This document shows, one piece after another, positions 16,556-30,989 of a stretch of DNA of 64,000 nt (position 1 is the first letter of the stretch; each line of letters opens with the position of its first letter). Origin of the DNA: the human T2T-CHM13v2.0 reference genome, Homo sapiens. The notes beneath the pieces are model-generated. The model was not told the origin of the DNA, made no database searches, and saw nothing but the letters and a program-made list of their open reading frames with translations. The position numbers were made by a program, and so were the translations under genes. The stretch lies in the NCBI RefSeq assembly GCF_009914755.1, contig NC_060931.1, one strand, 5' to 3'.

Positions 16556-17221
16556 TGATATGGTTAGGCTTTGTGTCCCCACCCAAATCTTATCTTGAAT
16601 TGTAATTCCCATAATCTCCATAATTTCCACAAGTCAAGGGAGAGACCAGGTGGAGGTAACTGGATCACCGGGATGGTTTCCCTGATCTGTTCTTGTGATA
16701 GTCAGTGGGTCTCAGGAGATCTGATTTTTTTTTTTTTTTTTTGAGATGGAGTCTTGCTCTGTTGCCCAGTGGCGCGATCTCGGCTCATGAAACCTCTGCC
16801 TCCCGGGTTCAAGTGATTCTCCTGCCTTAGCCTCCTGAGTAGCTGGGGTTACAGGTGCCCACCACCACGCCTGGATAATTTTTTGTATTTTTAGTAGAGA
16901 TAAGGTTTCACCATGTTGGCTAGTCTGGTCTTGAACTCCTGACCTCAGGTGATCCCCCTGCCTCGGCCTCCCATAATGCTGGGATTATAGGCATGAGCCA
17001 CCATACCTGGCCTGATCTGGTGGTTTTATAAGCTTCTGGCATTTCCCCTGCTTGCACTTATTCTCTCTCCTGCCACCCTGTGAAGAAGTGCCTTCCACCA
17101 TGACTGTAAGTTTCCTGAGGCTTCCCTAGCCATGCAGAACTGAGTCAATTAAACCTCTTTTCTTCATAAAATACCTAGCCTTAGGTATTTCTTCACAGCA
17201 GCGTGAGAATGGGCTAATACT
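16556..17221 (+). mobile_element. THE1-type MaLR solo LTR interrupted by an Alu
   Basis: tgatatggttaggctttgtgtccccacccaaatct ... gtaagtttcctgaggc ... aattaaacctctttt ... gagaatgggctaatac. Confidence 0.9.
16725..17012 (-). mobile_element. AluS inside THE1
   Basis: Dimer with a small internal deletion (gcccag^tggcgc); gatctg duplicated on both sides. Confidence 0.93.
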
Positions 17222-17229
17222 GCGTATAA

Positions 17230-17830
17230 CACACAGTACCACACAGAACAGTTCCTTCACTCTAAAAGTCCCCTGTGTACCCCTTTCTGGCTGACAACCC
17301 ACCTCAGCTCAATTCTTGGCAAACTCGCAACTGTTGTCTACCCCTATAATTTTCTAGAATGAATGGAATAATAAAATATGTCATCTTTTGGGTTTGACTT
17401 CTTCCATTTGCATTTACATTCGTCTATGCCACTGCATTAATTAATAGCTTGTTTCTATTATTGAATAGTATTCCATTGTATGGATGTGCCACGGTTTTAT
17501 TCACTTGCTGACTAAAGAACATCTTGGTTGCTTCCAAGTTTTAGTGATTAAGAATAAAGCTGTTTAAACATTCACACACAGATTTTTGTGTTGACACAAC
17601 CTTCATAAACCCTTTGGTAAATATCTAGGAGTACAATTTTTGGATTGTATAGTAAGTCTATGTTTAACTTTATACAAAAAACTGGTAAGTTGTCTTCCAA
17701 AGTGACTACAATTTTGCACTGCCACCAGCAATGAGTAAGAGTTTCTGTTCTGCATTCTCACAAGCACTGTCAGTTTTTCTGCATTTTCGCCATTTTAGTA
17801 GGTGTACAGTGGTATCTTGCTGTGGTATAA
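17230..17830 (-). mobile_element. Old L1M fragment
   Basis: gaatagtattccattgtatggatgtgccac..ggttgcttccaagtttt. Confidence 0.7.
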
Positions 17831-18289
17831 ACCTATTTTAAGTGCTCTGTTGTTCATTTTCAAATTTAAATGCTACCCGAATTTTTAATTAAAAAAACTT
17901 CATGTTGAAACCAAGCTCCCCAGATATACTATTCATAAAACTTTATCTACAGATGTCAGATCATGTAAGGTTTTTTCTTTTAACTTAATAGAAGTTATTT
18001 GTTCTAATTAGAAAAGTAGATATATATATGTGTATATATATACACATATATATACACAAAAGTATATATATTTATGTATATACTTTTGTATATACTTAAT
18101 ATGTGTATATATACACACATACATTATGTATACCAACAATATACATTATTGGTAATGTGTGCACATATATATATACCCACACACACATATATAAAACCAG
18201 TAGCTCTACCATCCAGAGACGAACACCAATTTTTTCCAATTGTGTGTGTGCACATGTGTGTTCAGATTAAAACACATGTAACAACCTAA

Positions 18290-19130
18290 AGTCTAAAGCA
18301 GGTATGAGTGTACAATGTTTGAGGAAAAGAAAGAAAGCACGGTGTAAGGAAAGAATGACAGTAGGCAAGGAGGTTATAACAGAAGATGAATTTGGAGACA
18401 GAAGTCAGTTCATGTAGATCAGGGATTCTCCAACTTTGGTGTGTCTTAAAATCTTTAGGAGGGCTTATTAAAACAGAAGGTAGCCCTGCACCCCTGGGGT
18501 TTCTGACTCAGCAGATCTAGAGTGGGGTCTGAGAATTTGCATATCTAATGTGCAGGGCCACACCTGAGAACACCTGTCGGGCCTGCTACACTATAATGAG
18601 GAGTCTGATTTTTATTCCAAATAAATTGGAAGACATTGGAATATTTTAAGGACAGAATGTTGTGATTTGTTTTGAATTTTAAATAGATCATAGTGACTGA
18701 GGTATGAAGGTCAAATCAGAGAGAACAAGGTGGTAAATGGGAAAATAGTAAACAGACTCTTTATGTGAAATGATGGTGCTTTGAATTAGGGTAGTGGGGA
18801 TATTAATAAATGGATGGATTCAGAACAAATACAGAAAAAGCTCACAGAAGTTGCAAATGGATCTGGTGCTAGGGTGAGAAAAGGGGAAACAAGGGAGATG
18901 TCTAGGTCACAGGCTTATTTAATAACTGCCTCTATGGAAGGCTTTATGGGGATACAAGTCATAAGTTCTATTACAAAAATATGTGGTTTGAGATATCAAT
19001 ATACAATTGGAAATACTGAGTACGGAAGTTGGATACACAAATCTGAATCTACAAGAAAAATAGTAACAATTTGTAAGTCATTAGATACAAATGATATTTA
19101 TAATCTTCCAACCTATTGAGGTCATTAGTA
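18290..19130. mobile_element. L2 relic with MER5A (~18420-18575) inserted
   Basis: L2-like motifs (gtttgagga..., tggatttt, gaagttggata); MER5A motif tttctgactcagcagatctagagtggggtctgagaatttgcat. Confidence 0.65.
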
Positions 19131-19135
19131 TAGAT

Positions 19136-19322
19136 TAATGGCTCTCAGGCAGGGTTGATTTTGCACTACCCTCCAGGAGACATTTAGCAATGTCTGGAGA
19201 CATTTTTTATTTGACTAGAGGTTAGGGATGTTGTTAAATATCATAAAATATACAAAAAAGCACCTGCCAACAAAGAATTACCCTGCTCAAAACATCAATA
19301 GTGCTAAGGTTGGGAAACCCTG
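19136..19322. mobile_element. MER20
   Basis: ggagacatttagcaatgtctggagacattttt ... aaagaattaccctgctcaaaacatcaatagtgctaaggttgggaaaccctg. Confidence 0.85.
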
Positions 19323-19400
19323 TAATAGATAGAAAAGTTGTCTTTCTAGTATGAAGAGAGTAAGGGAGCATAAGCGGTTTCTCAGATATAAAATTGCATC

Positions 19401-19402
<2 letters not shown>

Positions 19403-19432
<30 letters not shown>
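19403..19432. repeat. (AT)15 microsatellite
   Basis: Direct reading. Confidence 0.95.
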
Positions 19433-19435
<3 letters not shown>

Positions 19436-20124
19436 ACTTATGTATCCAATTTAGAAACTGCTTAACTATATTATTTGACCAGCTGATAAACAAATTAAAA
19501 ATAGCTCAAGAATTACTTATAGCATTAGACTTAAAATGGCTGCTGTTAAACAGTGAGATATAGTTACAATAAGAAAAGTAACATTAATTTTACCCTTAAA
19601 ATTAATATAATAATAGTTTAAATGAAAAACCCTGATTAATAAAAAGACCATATGTTGTCTCCAAAGCTCTTGTATTAGATTATGCTACCTGCACACCTTT
19701 GTTCAATGAAAACAAATGCACAAATACGTAAGCACATGACTGAATGAGCAGTAACACAGCTCTCTTAGGTATTAACAAATACACATATCAATAAAATGGA
19801 AGAGGAAATCTGGATTATGAATGCAGAGTCAAAATCTCTGGAGTGTAGATACAGACTTACAAATCCCTAGAAATAGAAAAATTCCAAGAGTATAAAGGAG
19901 GTAGAAGAAAAGGGTCTGAAACTAATAGAAATCCTGACTTCAGTTTTTTAAAAAATTTCTAGTATACAGAATGATCCTAGCATCTTTTTGCATCTAGCAC
20001 TGTACAAGCAGTCCATTAATACCAGACAGAAATTTTCAAGTAAGATTTCTGAAGGTTTTATTTGCTGGAAAATATCTCTGAATACAGTCTTCAGGTCTAG
20101 GTAAGATAGGTTCACATTACAGAG

Positions 20125-20432
20125 GGCGGGTGTTGGTGGCTTATGCTTGTAATCCCAGCATTTTGGGAGGCTGAAGCGAGTGGATCACTTGAGGTCAGGA
20201 GTTCAAGACAAGCCTGGCCAAGATGGTGAAACCCCATCTCTACTAAAAATACAAAATTTAGCCAGGCAAGGTGGTATGTGCCTGTGGTCCCAGCTACTTG
20301 GGAGTCTGAGGCACAAGAATCGCTCGAATCTAGGAGGTGGGTTGCAATGAGCCGAGGTTGTGCCACTGCACTCCAGCCTGGGCAACAGAGCAAGATTCTG
20401 TCTCAAAAAAAAAAAAAAAACCCATTAAAAAA
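20125..20432 (+). mobile_element. AluS
   Basis: Full dimer. TSD ttcacattacaga at 20111-20123 / 20433-20445. Confidence 0.95.
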
Positions 20433-21131
20433 TTCACATTACAGAAGACATCTTCATATAGACTACTCAATTAGAACACCTACTTCATTTATAAGTCTGA
20501 AGATGACCTTTCACACAGATTTACCTAATGTTAATGCTTTTACTGACAGCACAAGCTGAGTATAGTAAGGGTATACTGGGATTAGAAGGTAAACATATAT
20601 ATATTCTAGGTATGAAGAGGTGACTATAGGAAAAGAATAATGTTAAAAGGTGTGAGAAAAAGGGCTTTTCATGGGGAAAGTGGAAAAGATAAGAGAGACA
20701 GATGCACTTCGGAGATATTCTGTGATTAATCACAATGAACATGAAGAGCAGATGAGTTCAAATATAAAGATGATCCTTTGAACCCAGGGACAAAAATATG
20801 TTACATGAGAATTACCCTTCACCAAGAGCAAGTTGGCCAGCACCATTCACATTCAATGGCCAGTGGAGCACATGTGTGAGAATGACTGAGTTGGTGACAA
20901 GGAATTTGTATTTACCCCTTACACAACCAAATCCTATCACAATACTTTCTGTGTTATAGACAATTAGATTTAATAAATTAGAGGTGTATACTGGGCTTGT
21001 GGGAAATAACAAATTATTTTATGTAATTTATGAACATAAAGTTCACATATGGCATACTGATCTACCTTAATCATGAATCCAAAGAAGTTAAAACTGTTCT
21101 ACCCTGGACACACAGGCTGACCACAACTCAC

Positions 21132-21243
21132 CCTTCCCAGTTCTTTATCTTCCAGGGCCAGAACTCCAGTGCTTTCTGTGAAGAGTTTCACTTTGACCAC
21201 AGGCCGAGGATGGGTGGTGGTGAAATCTCCTTGAGTCCCCCAT
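21132..21243 (-). CDS. CADPS2: CADPS2 coding exon (probably exon 7), 112 nt, phase 2-0, C2 domain
   Basis: ttacag|A TGG GGG ACT CAA... = (Q)[37 protein letters not shown], ending AGG|gtgagt. The first A completes the CA|A Gln codon split from the previous exon. Confidence 0.97.
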
Positions 21244-23499
21244 CTGTAATGAAGTAAAAAAAATGTTTCTTAAAATGCAGCATTATTTTTTTCCCCAAGG
21301 AGATGTGTCTCCATAGAAGGCAAATTAAATACAGAATCTTCTGTGCTCAATGAGCTTTTTATCTTTGCTTTTGTTTCTAGCAGATGGCACAATCAAGAAG
21401 GAAAAGAACAATAAGCTTTACAGCTTGTAATAGTTACTCAGCTATTCAAAAAATTAGCATTTTGGACTATAAAAAATTGCATGTTATGAGAATTTAGGTT
21501 AAGGTAAAGCAATATAGTTGTAGCTATTGAAATCTATTACTTTATTAATTCAAATGTAAATTATAGCACCATTTTTACTGGCAGCTGGGAAAATTGCTCA
21601 GGGTTTGTTTACGTAAGAGAGAGTTTCTCAGAAAATGATTTTTATATACTAAAGACTTTACCCCACCTGAGAGGTCTTTATTAAACATTATCTTTTTTTA
21701 AAGTAAGCATAATTATCTCAGATCTATTACTTCATATGACTTTTGAAGCTCCTGCCAAAAAGAAAGAAATATGCATCATAAGAATCTGAATGTTTTGTAG
21801 TTAATTTCCCACTACATTCTCTTAGGAAGGGAATAAGTCTGTAGACATCTGGCTTTTGAAATCATCACAACAAAATAACATGCTTTCTTGGCTTATCTCT
21901 TAATTAATAGCATCTTGCCTTTATTGCAGACCAGTTCATTCTACCTGATTTACAAACTTAACTGGCACACACCTGATATTAAAAAATCTTATCAATATTT
22001 CTCACAACTCTGAGAGATCAGATGCAATGAGACTCAGCACAGCATGAAGATGCCATTGAGCAAAATACCAGAGAAAAAAATGAGATTTAACAAAATACAG
22101 ATCATGTTAAAAATAAAACAACAAATAAATATCAATTTTCTTATGCTGTCTTGAAAAAACAAAACAATTCACCATTTTCACGGAGCTGTCTACATTTTAT
22201 TTTATAAATCTCATTCGGAGAGCTTACAACATACAGAAAACTCAGTAAAGCAGGTATAATAAAAATTGAACAAATAATTGTGATTGCCTTCCTCTCCTAT
22301 CACAGCATTTATAATAAATGTATACAGTAAAGCAGAGACCATTTCAATGACTGAAGAAACTAGCATCTAGATGCAGTCTTTTTTTTTGAAATATCATAAG
22401 CCAGAGGGAAGAGAAGAATCAATTAGGGAAGAAAACAGCTTAATTTCTATTTTAGACTTCCAGAATGGGGTTAGCAAAGAGACTTTTTGCAATTTCATAT
22501 AATTAAGATGGTTTACATAAAGCAATGGTAAAATAGGAATAAAAACAAAAATAGATTCAGAACCAAAATAAGGCATAAAGAAAAATTCTCAGTTTAGTGT
22601 TTGGAATCTTAAGCCTTGAATATAGTCAGGCAATGTGGTTAACAGCCTGGGAGCTAATTCTCATGACATACCCTTTTAAATTCAGTGTCACATGGTTAAA
22701 TTTAGAAGACTAATAACCTTGGGAGGCATTCTCTTATAACTGAAATAAAAGATTTTTGATAGTCATATAGAAACAGTCTAATAGGTTTCCATAGAATTTG
22801 CTTTTTAAAATCCTCCCCATAAAACTTCCATGTATTACACTGATTTTTTTCCTCTAATTTCAAAATCCTTTGAAACTATTTACACTACATGTTCATTTTT
22901 AATTCCCAAACCTCCTGCAATACATGATTCTTCAAAGAGAAAAGTGAACTTTGTCTTTGAACCTGGTCCTTCTGAAATGCATCCCAATTCCACTTTGCTG
23001 GATAGAATAAGACAAATAACAATGAATGCGGAGGAAAAAAAAAAACTGCTCACTCATGGTTCCATGAACTTCCAGAGAACTATCTTTTACCTTTGATCCT
23101 TCACAGACAAGTATATTCAAAAACTATTCTACAATATTTATCACCATAGCACATTTCTCATTTATGCATTAAAATATTTTTATACAATGATATATTTTAA
23201 GTGTCCATAAAATGAGATTCAGTTAAAGAATAATGATAAAGTGAAAACCAACATTCCTGCCATTCAGGTTAAGATGGGGAATGTACTAGAACATTAGGAA
23301 AGCCCTTGTGTGCCCCTGGTCTCATCTTCCTCTCCTCTCCACCGTCACTACTCTGAAGTACCTAGCATCCTGAATTTTATATTTATCACTCCCTTGAATT
23401 TCTTCTTAAAAGGAATATTTTCAGCATTTTACCTTTAAGTGTGATAACTGCTCTAGGTTTTCAGTAGTCTTTTATAGGTAAAAAAAATTCCCATATTTA

Positions 23500-23855
23500 T
23501 TAGACACACACATAAATATATCAGAATATATGTGTGTGTATATATATGTAATATATGCATATGATATATACATAATATATAAAAAATATATATCACAATT
23601 ATATATGAAGGAGATATTGTACGTGTGTATATACGTATATACATATGTCCTTCATATCATATACCTCACAATAGCATATATAACAGACATCCTAACACAC
23701 ATACATCATGTACATAACAATATCATATACATAACATACATATCATATACATCACATCATATACATATGCATATGTATATTCATATCATATACATCACAT
23801 CATATACATATGTATATAACATATGTGTATATATACATACACTCACACACATATA
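23500..23855. repeat. (TA/CA)-rich low-complexity tract within an old minus-strand L1ME relic
   Basis: Degenerate atatac/catat repeats. Confidence 0.8.
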
Positions 23856-26800
23856 AAGATCCAGAAATGAGTGCTCTAGTTTATGAAACATTTCCCTACA
23901 TTTATTGAAATAATCTGTAATTATAGTAGATTACTCTATTGTCTTCCTTTCTTGAGATAAACTTTAAAAAAAATACTAGAATGAGTAGGCTAATACTTTA
24001 TTTAGCCTTTTATATAATGTCCATTATTGAGACTAGCCTGTATATTTACTTTTTTGTATTCTCCATGTTTGGTTTTATTGCATAAGTTGAAAAGTGCTAT
24101 ATTTTTATTATCTGAAAGAGTTTGTCAAAAAATGATAATTATCTGTTCCTATAACTCACCTATTAAGCTATTCAAACCTGATATTTCTGTATGGGAAGAT
24201 ACTTGCTAATGAAGTGATTTCTTTATTGGTTGTAGCTACAGAATTACTCAGGTTTTCTCTTTCTCCTTGAGTGAATTTTGATAAGCACTAAGTTTTATGT
24301 TATTTATTTCATCTAAGTTTTTCAAAAGTACTTATACAAAGTTGTAAATTTTTTCATCTTTGAATCCTTATAGCATCTGTTATGTCCTTCTTCATTCTTA
24401 ATGTTTTCTTTTTTCCATTTTTAAACTTAACAGAGGTTCATCACTTTTATTGTTCTTTTCAAACTCCTGTCACTTGACTTTGACAATCCTCTCTACTTCA
24501 TGTTTTTTATTTTATTGCATTCTGCTCTTTGCTACATTATTCTAATTTATCTATTTTAACCCTGCTGTTTAAAATTTTAAGTTGAATGCATGGTCATTAA
24601 TTTTAAGCCTTTCTTCCATTCCGGGCAAGCATTTGTGACTATAAATTTGCTTTAAACACTTTAACTACAGCACCCCATAAATTTAGAAAGTGCTATTTTT
24701 ACTATCATTCAGCTGTTTACAGGTGTGATTTAGAATTTCTCTCTATATATATCTTTTCCTTTTTCTTATTAAGTTCTATTTTTATTACATCAGATTAGAT
24801 AGCATAGCCTGCATAATATTGATCATGTAAAATAATTGAAATGGGCTTTAATTTCCAGATTTTGTGTGTCTAAGTTTTCCATGAGTGCTCACAAAGAAAA
24901 AAAAATTCTCCATTATGGGTACATTATTGTATTTATGGCCGGAGGTTCTACTTACAAGGTTTAGGACTTCTGAGTCAAGGGGAGGAAATGCTAACGAACA
25001 CCTCCTGTGAAATGAAGAAGGCTTAAATAACGTGTTCTCAGGCAAAGGAGAAGCTGAGGCACAAAAATACCAGCAGATCCTGACTGCAGCAGGCCAGAAG
25101 ACAAAGCTTTTACTGACATTCAACAAAAATGTACAATTTTAAGGGGGTGCATAAATAGTTATTTATAAATATTTATCCTTGTATCCTGGAAAGTTGGGAT
25201 TTATCATTTCTTTATAAGAAACAATAAATAAGAAACTTTCTTATAAAGAAAATATAAATCCCAACATTCCACGATACAGGCATAAATTGGCACCAATTTG
25301 ATAATTTCTTCTTTGGGAAATAAAAGTTGAAAAGACACAGTTAGAAAAATCATAAATTCTAGAATGAATAAATTAAAAACACAAGCCTCCCCAAACCCCA
25401 CTCAACAAAGGAAAAAAAAAAAAAAAAGGCAGGAAAAGAGGAAAGAAGACAATAGGCCTACCTTCAATATTCACCAAGACATCTCCTTATTTTCTACTTA
25501 ATTGGCATATTTAAACCCTGTCGGTAATTAATACCAGTTATTGTCTTCCCATTTTCTCAATATTTTATGACAAAAGAATACATTATCTTGCTGTCATTTT
25601 GTGTTGACTCAAAACGTATTGCCTTTCTCCACTTCTCTGAATGTATTATTTATGAGGATTCAGAATTCCAAGGTAAATGTTCGAATGAATAAAAATCTAC
25701 AAAGCACCTTTACGAGAACAGCAGGACTTCCTGGCTTTGAAAACACAGGGTAATTCATATACCAACTGAAATAACTGACATTAATTATGTATTTGCTATT
25801 AAATAAAGGGTACTGGAAATTTGTATCAGGAGCCAAAATACATGTTCATATCTTTTAACCTAGTAAGGTTATTTCTAAGGACTTATCCTATCAAAATAAT
25901 TGTAAGTATTAAAAAGAGTCTAAGCAGAAACATTCATGACAGCATTATGTATAACAGTGAACACTTAAGCAAGATAAATATAAAATATTAGGGGAATGAT
26001 TATGTAAATTATGGGGCATGTGATGAACTATTTTGCTACTTTATAATGATGGCTATAATGGCAACATAAAACCATGCATGATATAAAGTGAAAAAGAGGG
26101 AGGATACAAAACTGAACGTGCACATTTTATTCATTTAAAAAAATGGAGTACCTTTTATGTGGAGATGACATTCTAGTGTGAGCAACCGAAGTCCCTATCC
26201 CCTTGGGATTTCTATTCTAATAGGAGATTTTAGATAATAAATAATTATACTGTAACATATATTCCTTCTCACTCCTGCCCTGCCTTCTCAACAGGTTGTA
26301 TATTTCCATGGTCTCTTACAGTAGCTAGAGCACTAGATATAACTTGTGCCCACTTTTGACCTGTCTGAAAGTCGATAGTGATATGAAATGACAGTTTTAA
26401 TTTTCCACATGTCCTAAACTCATTTGGGTAAGAAATCAAATATATTTATAAAATTATATAAACTTGGGTTTGGTTTTGAGCTTTATGTTCTGCAGATCTC
26501 TCCTGAGCCGAGTTACCCTGTTTTAATTATTGCAGCTTTGCAAGATGTTATGTTATCTGTTAGAACACAAAGAAAACAGACATTTTCATCTTATTTCTAT
26601 TCAACAAAAAGGGAAGGGAGGTGGTGTCTCTGTTAAACTCTGTTCTAACATTTATTACTGGAATCTTAAACTTTTTTCTTCATTATGTAGAAAAAAACAC
26701 ACATTCCTTAATTTATTTCACAGTATTTAATATATCGGGATCCTAAAGAATCTATTTCCTTTATATTGTCTGACTGTTGCACATATGTAAGAAAGTTATG

Positions 26801-27048
26801 GTTAAACTCTAATCATTTTTCAAATGATTTCATTTCCAATACAGTGAGTGCTTTTAAAAATTATTTGTCACCAAATAACCAATTAACTCTATTAAAAAGA
26901 TTATTAAAATTATCAAATAAAAATGACATATATTCCAAATGCATCACTAATTTTATAACAGAAAACATTAAATAAGGATCCAGCAACAGGGATATAAATG
27001 AAAGCCTATAAAAAATTACAAATAATTCTTATGATTTTTCATGCTGAA

Positions 27049-28437
27049 TTTTTTTTTTTTACTTTTTTATTTTTAGTTCTGGGGTACACGTGCAGGTTGT
27101 GCAGATTTGTTACATAGGTAATGTATGCCACAGTGGTTTGCTGCGCCTATCAACACATCACCTAGGTATTAAGCCCAGCATGCATTAGCTATTTTTCCTA
27201 ATACTTTTCCTCCTCCCATCCCACCCCATGACAGGCCCCAGTGTGTGTTGTTCCCCTCCCTACGTCCATGTGATCTCACTGCTCAGCTCCCACATATAAG
27301 TGAGAACATGTGGTGTTTGGTTTTCTGTTCTTGAATTAGTTTGCTGAGGATAATGGCTTCCAGCTTCATCCATGTCCCTGCAAAGGACATGATCTCATTC
27401 CTTTTTATGGCTGTATGGTATTCCATGGTGTATATATACCACATTTTCTTTATCCAGTCTATCATTGATGAGCATTTGGGTTGATTCCCTATCTTTGCTG
27501 TTGTGAACAGTGCTGCAATGAACATATGCGTGCATGTATCTTTGCAACAGAATGATTTATATTCCTTTGGTATATACCCAGTAATGGGATTGCTGTGTCA
27601 ATTCCATGTCTTTGCTATTGTGAATAGTGCTGCAATGAATATATGTGTGCATGTATCTTTGTAACAGAATAATTTATATTCCTTTGGGTATATAACCAGT
27701 AATGGATTTCTGGTTCTAGGTCTTTGAGGAATCGCCACATCATCTTCCACAATGGTTGAACTAATTTACATTCCCACCAACAGTGTAAAAGTGTTCCTAT
27801 TTCTCTGCAACCTTGCTAACATCTGTTGTTTCTTGACTTTTTAATAATCACCATTCTGACTGGCATGAGATGGTATCTCACTGTGGTTTTGACTTGTATT
27901 TCTCTAATGATCAGTGATGCTGAGCTTTTCTCATGTTTGTTGGCTGCATGAATGTCTTCTTTTGAACAGTATCTGTTTATGTCCTTTGCCCACTTTTAAA
28001 TTTTTTTTCTCGTAAATTTTTTTCTTGTAAATTTGAGTTCCTTGTAGATTCTGGATATTAGACCTTGCTCGAATGGATGGATTGCAACGATTTTCTCCCA
28101 CTCTGTAGGCTGTCTGTTCACTCTGATGATAGTTTCTTTTGCTGTGCAGAAGCTCTTTAGTTTAATTAGATGCCATTTGTCAATTTTTACTTCTGTTGCA
28201 ATGGCTTTTGTCAATTTTATCATGAAATCTTTGCCTAAATGGTATTGCCTACATTTTCTTCTAGGGTTTATATACTTTTGGGTTTTACATTTAAATCTTT
28301 AATCCATCTTGAGTTAATTGTTAATAAGGTGTGAAGAAGGGGTCCAGTTTCAATTTTCTGCATATGGCTAACCAGTTTCCCCAGTATCATTTATTAAATA
28401 GGTAATCCTTTCCCCATTGCTTGTTGTCAGGTTTGTC
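27049..28437 (-). mobile_element. 5'-truncated L1PA (older, ~PA8-PA13), sense to CADPS2
   Basis: Poly(T), reverse 3' UTR and ORF2 C-terminal peptides (ORFs 27283-27525 and 27996-28223). Degenerate TSD tcatgctgaattttt / tcacgatgaaatttt. Confidence 0.93.
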
Positions 28438-30009
28438 ACGATGAAATTTTTAAAACAATCCAACTCTAGTTAAATTATCCTTCTTAAAATTTAGCCATTT
28501 TAAGATTAAAATGATATAACAGATTCTTCTAATAATAGAATAAAAGTTTTGGTTCAAAACTCAAACATTCAGTATTTATTTGGTAGCATTGATTCTGATA
28601 TTCTCTTGGGAAGTAGAAAATCTTTCCAAAAGTTTCCTGCACTGGACTTTAACTAGGTCTAAGGTCTTTCTGCTGTCCTATGAGAGATTTGCTGAAGAAA
28701 CTGACTTTGGATTCACTCAATTCATGAAAATGAGTAAGGACTGTGTTATTTTCATTGACTCATATTTGGTGAGAAGGTAGATGGGCACCTCCCCCAAACT
28801 CATTATGATGAATCAAGAGGAAATAAAGATTCTTGAAAATAGGATAGTGAGTTGATCAGAAAGGCCTGATGGTATTCTCAAGGGTGTCAAGCAATATCAT
28901 TTTTAACCGCATGCCTTCTTGAGAACTGGGAGCCAGGAAACTTGCCTGACTGAAAGCATACAATGTGTCTCTGCTCTTGCAGCTATGTTTATGCCAATGA
29001 GCTGTAGTATCCTTTAGTTTCATTAAAGAAATCTGTATGTGTTGGTGTCTTTCTATTAGTCATTGCCCTGCACATAATGGCCACATATACTCCAAAGCCA
29101 TGCTGAAGTCACTGGGAAAATGTGTATGTTTAATAGATGTGTAAAATGTACCAAGTAGACACAATATCCCACCTTTACTAATAAACAGTATTATCTCCTT
29201 TTAATTGAATAATGTAACAACCTCTGAAAATTGGGAATTAAGTTTAACAAGAGAGAAATACAAAAAGCCTGATTATCAATTATATAAATGGAAATTAAAT
29301 AATAAAACACTAAAAGACTTATAAAACAATGTTAAGCACTGTACAAATGTTTTTAAAAATAGCTTTCTTCATTAATATAAGCAATTAAGGCAGTCTTGTG
29401 GAAAACTCTAAGCAGAAAACAATACTTACGGAAGAGCAGCTTTTAATATTTTAAAAGTTCAACACAGGGCCCAAGTATATAAAAGGCTTATATAACACTA
29501 ATGTACTTCAGCCAAAGACTCAGTGAAAAATGACGAAGATAAGTAAGTTTTCATGGGAACATGGGTGGCTGCTGACACGTCGTTTACTATGATCCAAACT
29601 ATAAGAGATAAAGAAACTTATCTTGGGAAATTCAAGTGCTTGATTCCAATAGGCTGTTGCAAATCCAGATACAGATTTGGGAGTGATTAACATAGAAACT
29701 GTTGTATAAACTATGAAAATGAATGAGCTTATGAAGGGTGCCCACTAATAATGATAGTAGGGACTTCTACCTTACAAGTATGGGCTTATACATGTATCTC
29801 TATGCTTATGTGTGTACTTAAACGTATATTTTAAAGGTTTGCAATCATTTATTGAGGTATAGTTTACATGCAGTAAAATGTAATCATCTCAAGTATAGAG
29901 CACTGAATTTTGAAAAATGCATGCAATCACGTATACAGAACTTATCCGTCACCAAAACATTTCCTTATTTAAGATGTTTGCACTATGCAAGATGACCAGT
30001 GGTTCCACG

Positions 30010-30286
30010 TGAATTCCATCAAAATCCTAACATTTGCAGAAATATGAAAATCTACCCTAAAATTCATAAGGAATCTCTAGGGACTCAAAGTAGCCAAAAC
30101 AATCTTAAAGAAAAACAAACAAACAAACAAAAAAACAAAGTGGAATGCATCACATGTCCCGATTTCAAAACCTACTAAAAAATAATGGCAATCAAAATAG
30201 TGTGGTCCTGGCAAAAAGACAGATATACAAACCAATGGACTGGAACAGAGAGCCCAGAAACCAACCCTCACACATATGGTCAAATG
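30010..30286 (+). mobile_element. L1M ORF2 fragment
   Basis: ccctaaaattcata..agccaaaacaatctt..aatcaaaatagtgtggtcctggc..gaacagagagcccagaaa. Confidence 0.75.
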
Positions 30287-30989
30287 TAATGCATATTTAT
30301 TAGTCATTTAAAAATTAATGGGATATCCAAATTGTTCTATAACATGTTCTTTTATGTAACACTATATCTTGAACTTCTTCAAGTGTCAGAACATGGATTT
30401 ATGTAATTCTTTTCAAGACTTACGACATTCCCCTTGTATGGCTGCGCTATAATTTAGTCAATCACTCTTCTAATGATGGACTGTAAGGTTGTTTCCAGTC
30501 TTAACCATTACAGGCAGTGCTGCAACAGACACCTTCATATATATTCATATATAAATGATGAAAAGAATAAAAGATCAGAGACAGATTTCTAAGGCAGCCC
30601 AATACTTTAAACTTCTCTTAAACATAAAAATGTCATCCTAACAGATTGATTCATAAAAAAATTTACCTATCTAGTAAATAAAATTTACAACAAATAGCTC
30701 CAATATAATCCTAAGTCAAAAATTTTAAATAATTCACTGCAATACAAAATTCAAATTTACTAGCTAGAATTTCAAAATTTTATTATAAACAAATACTATT
30801 TCCCTTAATTTTAATAGTTAATTTATACAGCAAGTTTTAAACTCCTTTTATTTACTGAATGTATTTTAAAACAAATTTTCTATACATCTAATTAAATTAG
30901 TTTAAATTGGGTGATCAATAATGTTTATAGAAACTGCCTAACTTATCACCATCATTGTTGTTGACATACTATAAAAGTATCTGAAATTC

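Noticed and set aside
18020-23856. Tyr/Ile/His-rich ORFs (18074, 19234, 23453, 23530)
   Set aside because: Translations of (TA/CA)n low-complexity DNA.
28580-28780. 66-aa ORF in apparently unique sequence
   Set aside because: Non-ATG start, no recognisable homology, and length within chance expectation.
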